Below are positions 17,173 to 26,846 of a stretch of DNA of 64,000 bases, in pieces. The notes beneath the pieces are model-generated. The model was not told where the DNA came from, did not search any database, and saw only the letters and a list, made by a program, of their open reading frames with translations. Numbering within the stretch: position 1 is the stretch's first letter; every line of letters begins with the position of its first letter. This DNA is from Dehalococcoidia bacterium (GTDB lineage Bacteria; Chloroflexota; Dehalococcoidia; UBA2979): positions 2,656,001 through 2,720,000 of the forward strand of contig OZ244720.1 in assembly GCA_965219085.1 (NCBI GenBank), given 5' to 3'. The position numbers and the translations under genes were made by a program.

Positions 17173-19884
17173 TCACGTACTGGGCTGGCCGAGCACCGTG
17201 AGCCGGTCTTCCGCCCCACTGAGCCGCTCTTCGGCCCACGACCTCACATCGTCCTCGTGGGTAAACAGGATCACCTGCGTTGACTCGCTAATCGACAGCA
17301 GCGTCTCAAGCAGTTGCCGCTTACGTTCGCTGTCAGCAGCACTGACCACGTCGTCGAGGATGAGCGGGCACGCTTCTCCTGCCGGGTCGGTGAGATGCCG
17401 GGCGAGCGCGACACGCAGGAGCAGATACAGTTGCTCGGCTGTTCCATGCGACAGTAGCCGCGCCGCCCGCCACCGCCCCGCAGCATCAGCCACCTCGACT
17501 TGCAGCGACTCGGGGTTGACGCGGCAATCGGTGTACCGGCCACCAGTCACGTGCTCGAGTTGCTCCAACACGGTGGCGCGCAAGACCGGCGCGATGTCCC
17601 GGTGCACGCGTTCCTGTGCCGCCTGGAGGAACTTGATCGCGGTGCCGAGGGTCTGATCGAGGCCTTCGACGCGCGCAAGCTCCGCCTGGCCGTGCGCGAC
17701 ACGCTCCTCGGCTTCCGCGACATCCGGCAACCCGCTCTCGAACTCGGTCAGTTCGCCGCGCGCCGTATCGCGGCGGGCGCGGGCCTCGTCCAACCTTGTC
17801 TCCAGATCCTCAAGATCTCTTTTGGACGGCTCGCGTTGCCTCGCCTGAGCGATTGCTTCCGGGGCTGAGCTGGCGACCAGCGAGTCCGCGTCGTTACGGA
17901 GCGCCTCAGTCTCCGCTTCGAAGTTCGCGAGTGTCCGCTCGCCTAGCAGTCGCTGGAGTTCTTCCCACTCATTGGTCTTACGACGATCCTCGGCGAGGAT
18001 TTGGTGCCGACGCTCCGTCCATCCGGTGAGGGCTGACTCCTGCTCGTCCGGGGTGGGCGCCTCACTCCTGATCGCTACGCCTGCATCGCGAAGCCCTGCC
18101 GATGCCTCGTCTCGCGCGGCCGCGGCTTTGTCGAATCGGGTGTCCTGCTCTTCGCGCATTCGGAGACGGCTCTCCGTCTCCGCACGGCCGGCGGCGCTCG
18201 TCCGTGCCCGGAGTTCGGCAAGCTCGGCGTAGTCGAGCGGCTGAGCGAGAGCGCGGCTGAGCCGGTCATGGTCCGTCGCCGCCGCTCTCGACTCTGCTTG
18301 GCGCCGTGCGCGAGCGGCGTCTCCTTCCACGTCATCGAGGCTCTGCTCACCGAGGACTCGCTGCAGCTGTGCCCACTCGTCGCGCCGCGCATCGGCTTCA
18401 CTCATCTGCTCTGCCCGTGTCGCCTGCCACTCGTGAAGGCGCGACACCAGCACCTCAGGCGAACCATCAGTGAGCCCGGCGGCGCGCACCGCGTGGCGGA
18501 GGGCGGCCAAGGCTTCCTCGACCCGTGTTGCGTCTTCGATGTCCCGTTCGACGGTTCTGCGGCGCTCGACCAGGTCCGTGTTGTCAGGCTCAGATCCTTG
18601 TGGATCACGGCCAAACAGGCGAGCGAACCAATGAATGATCGAGCGTAGGAGGCCCAACAGGCCCCCGTTCTGCGTCGCGGCGAGACCTTGGTCGAGCTCA
18701 TCGAGTTGTCTGCGGAGGTCGCTGATCGGTCTGCCGCTCACGGCCGGACGCGCTTCCCATGCGGCGAGCGCGTTTGCGATCTCCAGGCTGAGTTCGTCTT
18801 CTTCGCTTGGACGTCTCGGCGCGCCGTCGGGGAAGGCCGCACTCAACTCATGCGCTCGGGCGAGGCGCCCCTCGGCCGCTGACGCATCGGCCTCGGCGAG
18901 GATGGCCAGATGCAAATCCTCGTCGGCGAGTTGCGCCCGGAGTTCGCCTGCGGTTGGACCTACAGGCTCTTCTGGGTGGGGGGCATTACTCCACTGCTCG
19001 AGCGCTCTCGTAACCTGCTCGGCGAGCTCACTGTCGTCAGCGGGATGCCTAGGCTCCCCCTCCGGGAAGGCCTCACTCAAGACTCTGGCCCGAGCAAGCC
19101 GCTCTTCTGCCGATCCGGCAGCCGCCTCAGCTAGCACTGCGCGAGTAGCGTCCCGCTCGCGCTCAATGGCCTGCAACTCGGCCTCGAGGTCGTCGACGCG
19201 ATGGCGGCGCTCTGTGGCTTCGGCCCGTGCGTTCCCCGCCGAGCTGAGCGCGATTTGAGCGTTCTCGACCTCTGTCCGCGACTTGGCGAGCGGTCTCGTC
19301 CAAGCTCGTTCCGTCCCGACGTGCTCGGTGCGGTAGTCATTCAGCAGTACCAGCGCGTCGGCCGCGGTCTCGCCGGTGCGGGCTGTGGCGGCTGCGCTCT
19401 GCAGCTCGTCCTGAAGGTCACCCGGGTCATCGAGCACGGCAAGGATGCTCGTCTGCCGCACGCAAGCCGTGTTCAGGAATGATCTGCGATCGAGGCCCAG
19501 CCAGCGAGAGCCGTCAGGGGCTCCATCGTTCATGATCTCGCTCGAGTAGTCTCGTTCGGCGAGGTCTGCGTCGCGGGCGCTGCTGTCCACACGACCATCG
19601 AGGTCGTGCCGAAGTACGACACGCCGATCCTTGAGCGCGATGGCCGCTCCAACTTCCCACCCATCGCCGTCCCATGGCTTGTGGCGCTGCTGGAAGTCGC
19701 TGTCTTCGGTACGCGCTCGCCCCCGGGCCCGTCGCATACCGCAGAGCCCGGCATAGAGTGCGGCGTGCCACGTCGACTTCCCGGCTTCGTTGGGCCCGAA
19801 GATGACGTTCATTCCGGGGGCGAGCTCCAGCGATTCGTCCCGGAAGCGCCCGAAGGCATGAGCTGTTACTGACTCGAAACGCAT
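17173..19884 (-). CDS. Rad50/SbcC-like (YhaN-type) coiled-coil ABC ATPase
   Basis: Walker A GPNEAGKST, signature LSHGTAEQLYL, Walker B LILDD, FTH; long heptad region. Confidence 0.9.
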   Translation of the reverse strand: MRFESVTAHAFGRFRDESLELAPGMNVIFGPNEAGKSTWHAALYAGLCGMRRARGRARTEDSDFQQRHKPWDGDGWEVGAAIALKDRRVVLRHDLDGRVDSSARDADLAERDYSSEIMNDGAPDGSRWLGLDRRSFLNTACVRQTSILAVLDDPGDLQDELQSAAATARTGETAADALVLLNDYRTEHVGTERAWTRPLAKSRTEVENAQIALSSAGNARAEATERRHRVDDLEAELQAIERERDATRAVLAEAAAGSAEERLARARVLSEAFPEGEPRHPADDSELAEQVTRALEQWSNAPHPEEPVGPTAGELRAQLADEDLHLAILAEADASAAEGRLARAHELSAAFPDGAPRRPSEEDELSLEIANALAAWEARPAVSGRPISDLRRQLDELDQGLAATQNGGLLGLLRSIIHWFARLFGRDPQGSEPDNTDLVERRRTVERDIEDATRVEEALAALRHAVRAAGLTDGSPEVLVSRLHEWQATRAEQMSEADARRDEWAQLQRVLGEQSLDDVEGDAARARRQAESRAAATDHDRLSRALAQPLDYAELAELRARTSAAGRAETESRLRMREEQDTRFDKAAAARDEASAGLRDAGVAIRSEAPTPDEQESALTGWTERRHQILAEDRRKTNEWEELQRLLGERTLANFEAETEALRNDADSLVASSAPEAIAQARQREPSKRDLEDLETRLDEARARRDTARGELTEFESGLPDVAEAEERVAHGQAELARVEGLDQTLGTAIKFLQAAQERVHRDIAPVLRATVLEQLEHVTGGRYTDCRVNPESLQVEVADAAGRWRAARLLSHGTAEQLYLLLRVALARHLTDPAGEACPLILDDVVSAADSERKRQLLETLLSISESTQVILFTHEDDVRSWAEERLSGAEDRLTVLGQPST

Positions 19885-20990
19885 CAGAGCACCTCAAGGT
19901 CGCGTCGACCCTCGAGAGCCCGCAGCCCAGCCATGAGCACACGCCGCTCCTCCGCTGGGTCAAGGTCCGCTTCCGAGACATCGGCGACAAACTGTCCTCG
20001 CACCGTCGGCTCGCTCCGGAGGGCTTCGAAGTCGTAGCCGGGGCTCAGTGCTCCTAGCCGAACCTGAACGGCGTCGAAAGCACGCATTGCGTCGTGCAGG
20101 TCGGTTTCCGTGACGCTGACTTCAGGGGCTACTTCCCCGCGCACGGTGAGCCTCGCGAAGCCTCCAAGTCCTTCGGTTCGCTTCGCGATACCGTCACGAA
20201 TCTGTTGCAGTGTCGTGTAGCCCGAGATGTCGATCTCGATGTCATGGACGGACGTATGCGCAACGATGTGGCGCTCATGGGTGATGCGGCCCTCAGCGTC
20301 GACGGTCGCGACGATTGCGCCGCGCGTGCCGTCCTCACCGAATGCGAGAGGGTCTGGGTTTCCCGGATACGTGTGCCGGTCGCCGTCTTTCGGACGGTGA
20401 TAGTGGCCCAGGAACGCGTGGTCGATGCCTACTTCAGCAATCTGAGTGGCGTCGAATGGTGCATGTGGCTGCTTCCCCTCACCTTGCTCGCTGAACCACG
20501 AGTTCTCGGCACCGTGGAACAGCGCGAGGTGGGTCCCTGGGCCTTCAGCGCGGAACCCGTCGAGGAAGTTGTCAGTGTTCGCCGGTGCGCAGTGTGCCGC
20601 GCCCCAGAGCGTGACTCCGGACGAAATCTCCACAGGCCGGAGATTGGGCTCAGTGAAAACGTGGACGTTTGGACTCCAATCAACCAGGGCATAGAGGCTG
20701 TCCGGCCCGTACCAGTCATGATTGCCCGGCGCGAGGTAGACGGGTATCGGGTCGAGGCTGGCGAACGCCTGACGCAGAAACTCTGCGGTGTCGTGGCCGG
20801 CCTGTTCATGCTCATAGAGGTCGCCGCCACTGAAGAGAGCGTCCGCCTTTTGCGCTCGCGTCAGATCCACGATCTGCACGAGGGTGTCTCGCAGCGCCTG
20901 ACGGCGGTGCCGAGCCGCCTCCCCTGCGGCGCCAGCCCAGGAGAATGTGGAGTCGAGGTGCAGATCCGAGAAGTGAACTATTCTTACCAC
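19884..20990 (-). CDS. Mre11/SbcD-like (YhaO-type) metallophosphoesterase nuclease
   Basis: SDLHLD, GGDLYE, PGNHD, FHG, LGHYH, YPGNP; translationally coupled to the ATPase. Confidence 0.92.
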   Translation of the reverse strand: MVRIVHFSDLHLDSTFSWAGAAGEAARHRRQALRDTLVQIVDLTRAQKADALFSGGDLYEHEQAGHDTAEFLRQAFASLDPIPVYLAPGNHDWYGPDSLYALVDWSPNVHVFTEPNLRPVEISSGVTLWGAAHCAPANTDNFLDGFRAEGPGTHLALFHGAENSWFSEQGEGKQPHAPFDATQIAEVGIDHAFLGHYHRPKDGDRHTYPGNPDPLAFGEDGTRGAIVATVDAEGRITHERHIVAHTSVHDIEIDISGYTTLQQIRDGIAKRTEGLGGFARLTVRGEVAPEVSVTETDLHDAMRAFDAVQVRLGALSPGYDFEALRSEPTVRGQFVADVSEADLDPAEERRVLMAGLRALEGRRDLEVL

Positions 20991-21089
20991 GATCCGAATC
21001 TAGGGATGGTCATCGATGCGATCTACTTGAGCCGCAGCGTAGTACCGGCTGCGCGATGCGACCGCACACGATTGCGGCGACCGCGAGGC

Positions 21090-21629
21090 TCAGCGGTTGG
21101 GGCGACGCTCCGACGCGCCCTCGGCGAAGTTTGGCACGTAGTCCGACTCCTCGCCGCGGATCTGCGCGCGGTGCATGCGGTCGTGGCGGTAGTACGAGCG
21201 CAGCCACTGCATCACCGTCAGCTCGCCGAACGCCGGCACGAACGCGGTGCGCTCGTACTGCTCGGGGTCGATGCCGCGTGCGAGCTCCAGCGTCTCGGCT
21301 CGCTCGGCGTTCATCTGGGCGATGAGCGTGGGGAGGTTCGCCGAGTGTGCATCCTCCTGCGGGACGTCGAGCGGGACGTCCGGCGTGTTGCCGTCGGAGG
21401 TGTCGGGGCGGTCCTCGGCGAGGGCGCGGATGACCCACTGCCGGTAGCTGCGGTCCATGCCGGCGAGGTGCGTCAGCTGCTCCTTGACGGACCAGCCCTC
21501 CTCGCCGTCGCCCTCGGGCGGCTGCACCTCGGCCTGCTCTTCATCGACCTCGGTGAGGGCGGCAAGCAGCACGGTGCGCTCCTCCTCGAGCTTCTCGAAT
21601 AGGTCGTCGATCTGTGCCTGTGTCGCCAT
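21090..21629 (-). CDS. DinB family protein
   Basis: WSVKEQLTHL...RHDRMHRAQI. Confidence 0.85.
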   Translation of the reverse strand: MATQAQIDDLFEKLEEERTVLLAALTEVDEEQAEVQPPEGDGEEGWSVKEQLTHLAGMDRSYRQWVIRALAEDRPDTSDGNTPDVPLDVPQEDAHSANLPTLIAQMNAERAETLELARGIDPEQYERTAFVPAFGELTVMQWLRSYYRHDRMHRAQIRGEESDYVPNFAEGASERRPNR

Positions 21630-21633
21630 GACG

Positions 21634-23064
21634 TTACTCCTCGGCGTCTATCTGCGCGCGCCAGCGGTAGTAGGCGCTGACCTTCGCGAGCGCGCGTGCT
21701 GCGCGGTCGTAGCTCGGGTATGCGGCGATGCCCAGCGCCTGGAGCTCATGGTCCAGCTCCCGCATCGCCTCGCCGTGCGCCATCGGCGTCGGCGAGTGCA
21801 GCAGCACGATATGCGGCTTCGAGGAGCGTGCGTTCGCCGTCGCGAGCGCGGCGACCGGCTCGTCGAGCTGCTCGCGCTCCGGGTCGTCCTTGGGCCGCGG
21901 GCGGAGCTGCATGCTGATCACGTCGACGTGCTCGTCGCTATCGAGGATGCCGAGGATCTGCTCGAGCTCGGTGCGGTTCGTGCCCATGTCGATGGGGTTG
22001 CGGAAGCTCGCCCCGACGAGGCTGAACCACTCGCCGAGCTGGGTGAGTGAGGCCTCGCCCAACTCGGGCACGTGCATCCCGTGGTCGCTGAAGGCGTCCG
22101 TCATCGAGACGGACTGGCCGCCGGAGCCACCCATCACGCCGACGCCGGTGCCGGTGAACGGCGGCACGAGCGAGAGCGTCTTGAGGAGGTCGACCGCCTC
22201 GGTCAGCGAGTCCGCCTGGATGGCGCCCGTCTGGCGGCAGAGCGCGTTCCACACCTCGGTCGAGCCGGCGAGCGAGGCGGTGTGGGAGCGGGTGGCGCGG
22301 CTGCCGTCTGAGCTGCGGCCGCCCTTCCACAGCACCACGGGCTTGATGCGCGTGGCCTTGCGGAGCTGCTCGAAGAAGGCGCGGCCGTCCTGCAGGCCCT
22401 CGACGTACATCGCGAGGTACTCCGTGCCGGGGTCGCCGGCGAAGTACTCGAGGTAGTCGGCGTTCTCGAGGGTGATGCCGTTGCCGAAGCTGACGGCCTT
22501 GCCAATGCGCACACCGGCGTCGTGCGCGCCCATGATGAAGTCCATCGCGTGCGCGCCGCTCTGCGAGACGAAGCTCACGGGCCCGTCGAAGCCTGCGGGC
22601 TGGCTCGGCCCGAAACGCACGCCGGCGGCGGGGTTGTAGAGGCCCATGCAGTTCGGCCCGATGACCACGAGGCCGGACTCGGTGGCCGCGGCCTTGAGTG
22701 TGTCCTGTAGCTCGCGGCCCTCGTCGGTGTCGGTCTCGGCGAAGCCGGAGGTGAAGAACGCCGCGCCGGCGACATCGCGTGCGATGCAGTGGCGCATGAT
22801 GAGCGGGGCGACCTGCCTGGGGACGGCGACGAGGACGTAGTCGATGTCGCCGGGGACGTCGGCGAGGCTCGAGAAGTTCTCGACGCCGAGCGCCTCGATC
22901 TCCGCGAGTTCGTTGGGGTCGACCTGCACGGAGTAGAGGTTGCCGTTGCCCTCGACGGTCTTGTTGCTCCGGAGCCAGCGGTTGTTGCGAGCCTTGGCGT
23001 CGCCGACGACGACGACGGTCCTGGGGTTGAGTGCCCGGTCCAGCCGCTCCCGATCCACGCGCAT
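21634..23064 (-). CDS. acyl-CoA synthetase (ADP-forming) alpha-type CoA-binding protein
   Basis: LNPRTVVVVG, SGFAE, IGPNCMG, VSQSG, SHTASLAG (phospho-His), NPID. Confidence 0.9.
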   Translation of the reverse strand: MRVDRERLDRALNPRTVVVVGDAKARNNRWLRSNKTVEGNGNLYSVQVDPNELAEIEALGVENFSSLADVPGDIDYVLVAVPRQVAPLIMRHCIARDVAGAAFFTSGFAETDTDEGRELQDTLKAAATESGLVVIGPNCMGLYNPAAGVRFGPSQPAGFDGPVSFVSQSGAHAMDFIMGAHDAGVRIGKAVSFGNGITLENADYLEYFAGDPGTEYLAMYVEGLQDGRAFFEQLRKATRIKPVVLWKGGRSSDGSRATRSHTASLAGSTEVWNALCRQTGAIQADSLTEAVDLLKTLSLVPPFTGTGVGVMGGSGGQSVSMTDAFSDHGMHVPELGEASLTQLGEWFSLVGASFRNPIDMGTNRTELEQILGILDSDEHVDVISMQLRPRPKDDPEREQLDEPVAALATANARSSKPHIVLLHSPTPMAHGEAMRELDHELQALGIAAYPSYDRAARALAKVSAYYRWRAQIDAEE

Positions 23065-23150
23065 GAGTGTCCGCCCTCCATGGTGACCCGTCAGCGGCGA
23101 CAGGCTACCGCGTCGGCGGTGCGCCTGTCGCCTCGATGGTGGGGGGCGGG

Positions 23151-23579
23151 TCAGACCGCGGTGACCTCGACGCGGATGCTGCGGCCCACGGCCCGGAGCG
23201 CCCTCTGGACCTGGCTCACGTGGGAGCGGTGGTCGAGGTTGGCCAGCTTCCGCACTGCCGACTCGCTGATGCCGAGCCGCCGGGCGAGTTCGACCTTCGT
23301 GACGCCCCGCTCGCGCATGGCCGAGTAGAGTGCGAGCTTGGCGGCCACGACCGGCGGGACGGCGACGAGCTCCTGGTCGTCGGCAGCCTCACCGGGAGCC
23401 GGGATCTCTCGCTTCTCGTGGACGTAGCCGGCGAGGGCGGTAGCGAGCGCGTCCTCGGCCATCGAGAGCGCCTCGGCCCGGTCGTCGCGGCCGGTGATGG
23501 CTTCTGGTACATCCGGGAAGGTGACGGCGAGCCCGCCGTCTTCGTCAGCGGCAAGTTCGCACGGGTACGCGTAGAGCAT
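23151..23579 (-). CDS. hicB: HicB family antitoxin with C-terminal HTH (no hicA adjacent)
   Basis: MLYAYP...VTFPDVPEAIT...AEDAL...KLALYSAMRERGVTKVELARRLG. Confidence 0.85.
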   Translation of the reverse strand: MLYAYPCELAADEDGGLAVTFPDVPEAITGRDDRAEALSMAEDALATALAGYVHEKREIPAPGEAADDQELVAVPPVVAAKLALYSAMRERGVTKVELARRLGISESAVRKLANLDHRSHVSQVQRALRAVGRSIRVEVTAV

Positions 23580-23610
23580 GGCTCGGCCCTCGTCCGCCGC
23601 CACACAACGA

Positions 23611-23628
23611 TCGCACCTTTCGGTGCGA
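23611..23628. promoter_or_regulatory. inverted repeat upstream of hicB, candidate operator
   Basis: TCGCACC-TTTC-GGTGCGA, about 30 bp before the hicB ATG in a divergent intergenic region. Confidence 0.45.
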
Positions 23629-23788
23629 CGCCGCAACGACCGCTGCGGCGTAGCGCGGCCGGCAGTCGCGGCTGATTGCCCCGCCTCGCCCGTGAGCACG
23701 AAGCCGGTATGATTCCCTCGACGCCTGCTACGGGCCGCGTACGCGGCCGGGGTGGCGTCCCGACGTTCGTACGTTCGCAGCGAAGGAG

Positions 23789-26089
23789 TTGAGCGTGGTC
23801 GCGACCGATCAGGAATACCAGGTCATCGGCACCCGCCCCGTGCGCCCAGACGGCGCCGACAAGGTGACCGGCCGTGCCGAGTACGGCGGAGACGTGCGCC
23901 TCCCCCGCATGCTCTACGGCCGCGTCAAGCGCAGCCCGCACGCGCACGCCCGCATCATCAGCATCGACACCTCGAAGGCGCTTGAGCTCGACGGCGTCAA
24001 GGCCGTCGTCACCAACGCCGACTTCCCGCGCGTCGACGGCGACATGGTCGACCTCGGCGAGACGTTCGCGCCCTTCAAGTGGGTGCGCGACAACGTGCTC
24101 GCCTCGGACAAGGTGCTCTACGCCGGCCACGCCGTGGCCGCTGTCTGCGCCACCGACCAGCACATCGCCGAGGACGCGCTCGACCTCATCGAGGTGGAGT
24201 ACGAGGTCCTGGACCCGGTGCTGAACGTGCACCAGGCGATGGCCGACGGCGCGACGCAGCTGCACGACTCCATGCACACCACCGAGATGGCCGCTCGCTT
24301 CGTGCCCGGCGACCAGCGCTCCGAGGCCCCGAGCAACATCGCGAGCCACCTGCGCTTCGACGTCGGCGACGTCGACGCCGGGTTCGTCGAGGCCGACATC
24401 GTCCTCGAGCGCGAGTTCGAGACCGCGATGGCCCACCAGGGGTACATCGAGTACCACAACGGCACCGCGTTCTGGAGTTCCGACGGCGAAGTCACGGTGT
24501 GGTGCAGCTCGCAGGCGCCGTTCTCGATTCGCGACTCGGTGGCGGCGCTGCTTGACCTGCCGGTCTCGAAGGTGAAGGTGATCCCGATGGAAATCGGGGG
24601 CGGCTTCGGCGGCAAGATCAGCGTCTATATGGAGCCGATGGCCGCGATGATGTCGAAGATGACCGGCCAGCCCGTGAAGATGCTGATGACCCGCGAGGAG
24701 GTCCTGACCGCCACCGGCCCGACCTCCGCCACCTACGTGCGCTGCAAGATCGGCGCGATGCGCGACGGCACCCTCGTCGCCGTCGAGTCGGAGCTGGCCT
24801 ACGAGGCCGGCGCCTTCCCCGGCTCACCCGTGGCCTCCGGCGCGGGCTGCATGTTCGGCTCGTACGACATTCCGAACCAGCGCGCCGACGCCTACGACGT
24901 GGTCACGAACAAGCCGAAGGTCGCCGCGTACCGCGCTCCCGGCTCGCCGCAGGGCACGTACGCGATGGAATCGCTCATGACCGAGCTGGCCGAGCGGCTC
25001 GAGATGGACGAGATGGAGCTTCGGCTCAAGAACGTCTCCACCGAGGGCGTGCGCCGCACCGACGGCGTCCAGCACGGCCGCATCGGCGCCGAGGAGGTCA
25101 TGCAGGCCGCGCAGGAGACCCCGCACTACCGCTCCGAACTCACCGGCAAGAACCGCGGCCGCGGCATCTCGATGGGCTACTGGGGCAACGCGGGCCTCGA
25201 GTCGAGCGCGTTCGCGCTCGTGAGCGCCGACGGCGACGTGAGCCTCGTGCTCGGCTCGGTCGACATCGGCGGGCAGCGTGCGGCACTCGCGATGCAGCTC
25301 GCCGAGACGCTCGGTCTCGCGTACGAGAACATCCACCCGCGCGTGGTCGACACCGACTCGATCGGCTTCACGCACGTCACCGGCGGCAGCCGCACGACGT
25401 TCGCGACCGGCTGGGCGGTCTACGAGGCGGGCATGGACATCCGCCGCCAGTTCGAGGAGCGCGCGGCGACCATCTGGGAAGTCGACCGCGACTCGGTCGC
25501 CTACGGCGCCGACGGCGTCGTGCGCGGCCCGGCCGACGAGGACGGCAACGACCGCTCGTTCACGTTCGCCGAGATGAGCGCGCAGCTGCCGCTCACCGGC
25601 GGCCTCATCCAGGGCCACGCGGACGTGTTGCCGACGGGCGTCGGCGCGGCCTTCGGCTGCCACATCGTGGACGTCGAGGTGGACCCGGAGACCGGCAAGG
25701 TCGACGTGCTCCGCTACACGGCCGTCCAGGACGTCGGCAAGGCGATCCACCCCTCGTACGTCGAGGGTCAGATCCAGGGCGGCGCCGCACAGGGCGTCGG
25801 CATGGCGCTGACGGAGGAGTACTTCTACCGCGAGGACGGCGCGATGGCGAACTCGAGCCTGCTCGACTACCGCATGCCGACCGCGCTCGACCTCCCGGAG
25901 ATCGAGACGGTGCTCGTCGAGGTCCCGAACCCCGGCCACCCGTACGGGGTGCGGGGCGTGGGCGAAGTGCCGATCGTGCCGCCGCTGGCAGCGGTCGCGA
26001 ACGCCATCCACGACGCCACGGACATCCGCGTCACGCAGCTCCCGGCCTCGCCGCGCTGGCTGCTCGACCAGATGGACGACGAGGGGTAA
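23789..26089 (+). CDS. xanthine dehydrogenase family molybdopterin-binding subunit
   Basis: KVTGRAEY, RSPHAHA, GGGFGGK, AYRAPG, EGQIQGG, GVGEVP; TTG start after AAGGAG. Confidence 0.93.
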   Translation: MSVVATDQEYQVIGTRPVRPDGADKVTGRAEYGGDVRLPRMLYGRVKRSPHAHARIISIDTSKALELDGVKAVVTNADFPRVDGDMVDLGETFAPFKWVRDNVLASDKVLYAGHAVAAVCATDQHIAEDALDLIEVEYEVLDPVLNVHQAMADGATQLHDSMHTTEMAARFVPGDQRSEAPSNIASHLRFDVGDVDAGFVEADIVLEREFETAMAHQGYIEYHNGTAFWSSDGEVTVWCSSQAPFSIRDSVAALLDLPVSKVKVIPMEIGGGFGGKISVYMEPMAAMMSKMTGQPVKMLMTREEVLTATGPTSATYVRCKIGAMRDGTLVAVESELAYEAGAFPGSPVASGAGCMFGSYDIPNQRADAYDVVTNKPKVAAYRAPGSPQGTYAMESLMTELAERLEMDEMELRLKNVSTEGVRRTDGVQHGRIGAEEVMQAAQETPHYRSELTGKNRGRGISMGYWGNAGLESSAFALVSADGDVSLVLGSVDIGGQRAALAMQLAETLGLAYENIHPRVVDTDSIGFTHVTGGSRTTFATGWAVYEAGMDIRRQFEERAATIWEVDRDSVAYGADGVVRGPADEDGNDRSFTFAEMSAQLPLTGGLIQGHADVLPTGVGAAFGCHIVDVEVDPETGKVDVLRYTAVQDVGKAIHPSYVEGQIQGGAAQGVGMALTEEYFYREDGAMANSSLLDYRMPTALDLPEIETVLVEVPNPGHPYGVRGVGEVPIVPPLAAVANAIHDATDIRVTQLPASPRWLLDQMDDEG

Positions 26090-26129
26090 CCACTCCTCGT
26101 CGCAGGGCAGAATCCACATGCACTCACAG

Positions 26130-26153
26130 GGCCGCCGGCACACGCCGGCGGCC
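26130..26153. terminator. GC stem-loop between convergent genes
   Basis: GGCCGCCGGC-ACAC-GCCGGCGGCC. Confidence 0.55.
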
Positions 26154-26190
26154 TTCGTGTATCCCGCGCACCCCGCGCGCCCGGTCGCGC

Positions 26191-26835
26191 TCAGGCTCGG
26201 GGTTCGGTGAGGGTGTCGGTGAACCAGTCGAGGAGGAGGGCGCGGACCTCCTCGCGGCGCTGGCGCAGGCTGTGCGTCGCGCCCTCGAACAGTTCGAGGC
26301 GCTTCGGTTCGCCGGCCATCTCGTGCAGCAGCCGCGAGCAGTCCGGCGGCAGCCGATCGTCGGCGAGGCCGTGCATGAGCAGCAGCGGCGTCGGCGCGAG
26401 CTCGGCCACGCGCTGCGCGCCGGCGGTCTGTGTCGCCAGCGTCGCCACCGACGCCACGAGCTCTGAGCGCACGCCCGCCTCGATCACCACAGCGCCGCCG
26501 AAGGAGTGGCCGGCAAGCCCGACGCGTCGTGCGCCCTCGCTCGCGAGGAACTCGACGCCGAGCAGCACGTCGAACACGCCCTCGTCCATCGGACCGGGGA
26601 ACGCGTGGACGCGGAAGTCGAGCCGCAACGCCGCGATGCCCCGCGCGGCGAGGTCGGAGGCGAGGTCGGGGTAGAGCGCGTTCGCAGGGCCGTCGAGGCC
26701 GCCGTCGCCGCCGCCGACCATGACCACGGCCGCCTCGGCGTCCGCGGCCGCGTGCCAGGCGCAGCGGAGCGCGCCTCGCTCGGACTCGATCTCGATGATG
26801 CGAGGGTCGCCGGGTGCCTCCACAGGATCGTCCAT
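26191..26835 (-). CDS. alpha/beta hydrolase
   Basis: GHSFGG, HGLADD, GATH. Confidence 0.85.
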   Translation of the reverse strand: MDDPVEAPGDPRIIEIESERGALRCAWHAAADAEAAVVMVGGGDGGLDGPANALYPDLASDLAARGIAALRLDFRVHAFPGPMDEGVFDVLLGVEFLASEGARRVGLAGHSFGGAVVIEAGVRSELVASVATLATQTAGAQRVAELAPTPLLLMHGLADDRLPPDCSRLLHEMAGEPKRLELFEGATHSLRQRREEVRALLLDWFTDTLTEPRA

Positions 26836-26846
26836 GGTCGCGGGCG

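Noticed and set aside
23789-26089. Aerobic CO dehydrogenase CoxL
   Set aside because: It lacks the AYxCSFR motif, and no coxM/coxS or accessory genes are adjacent.
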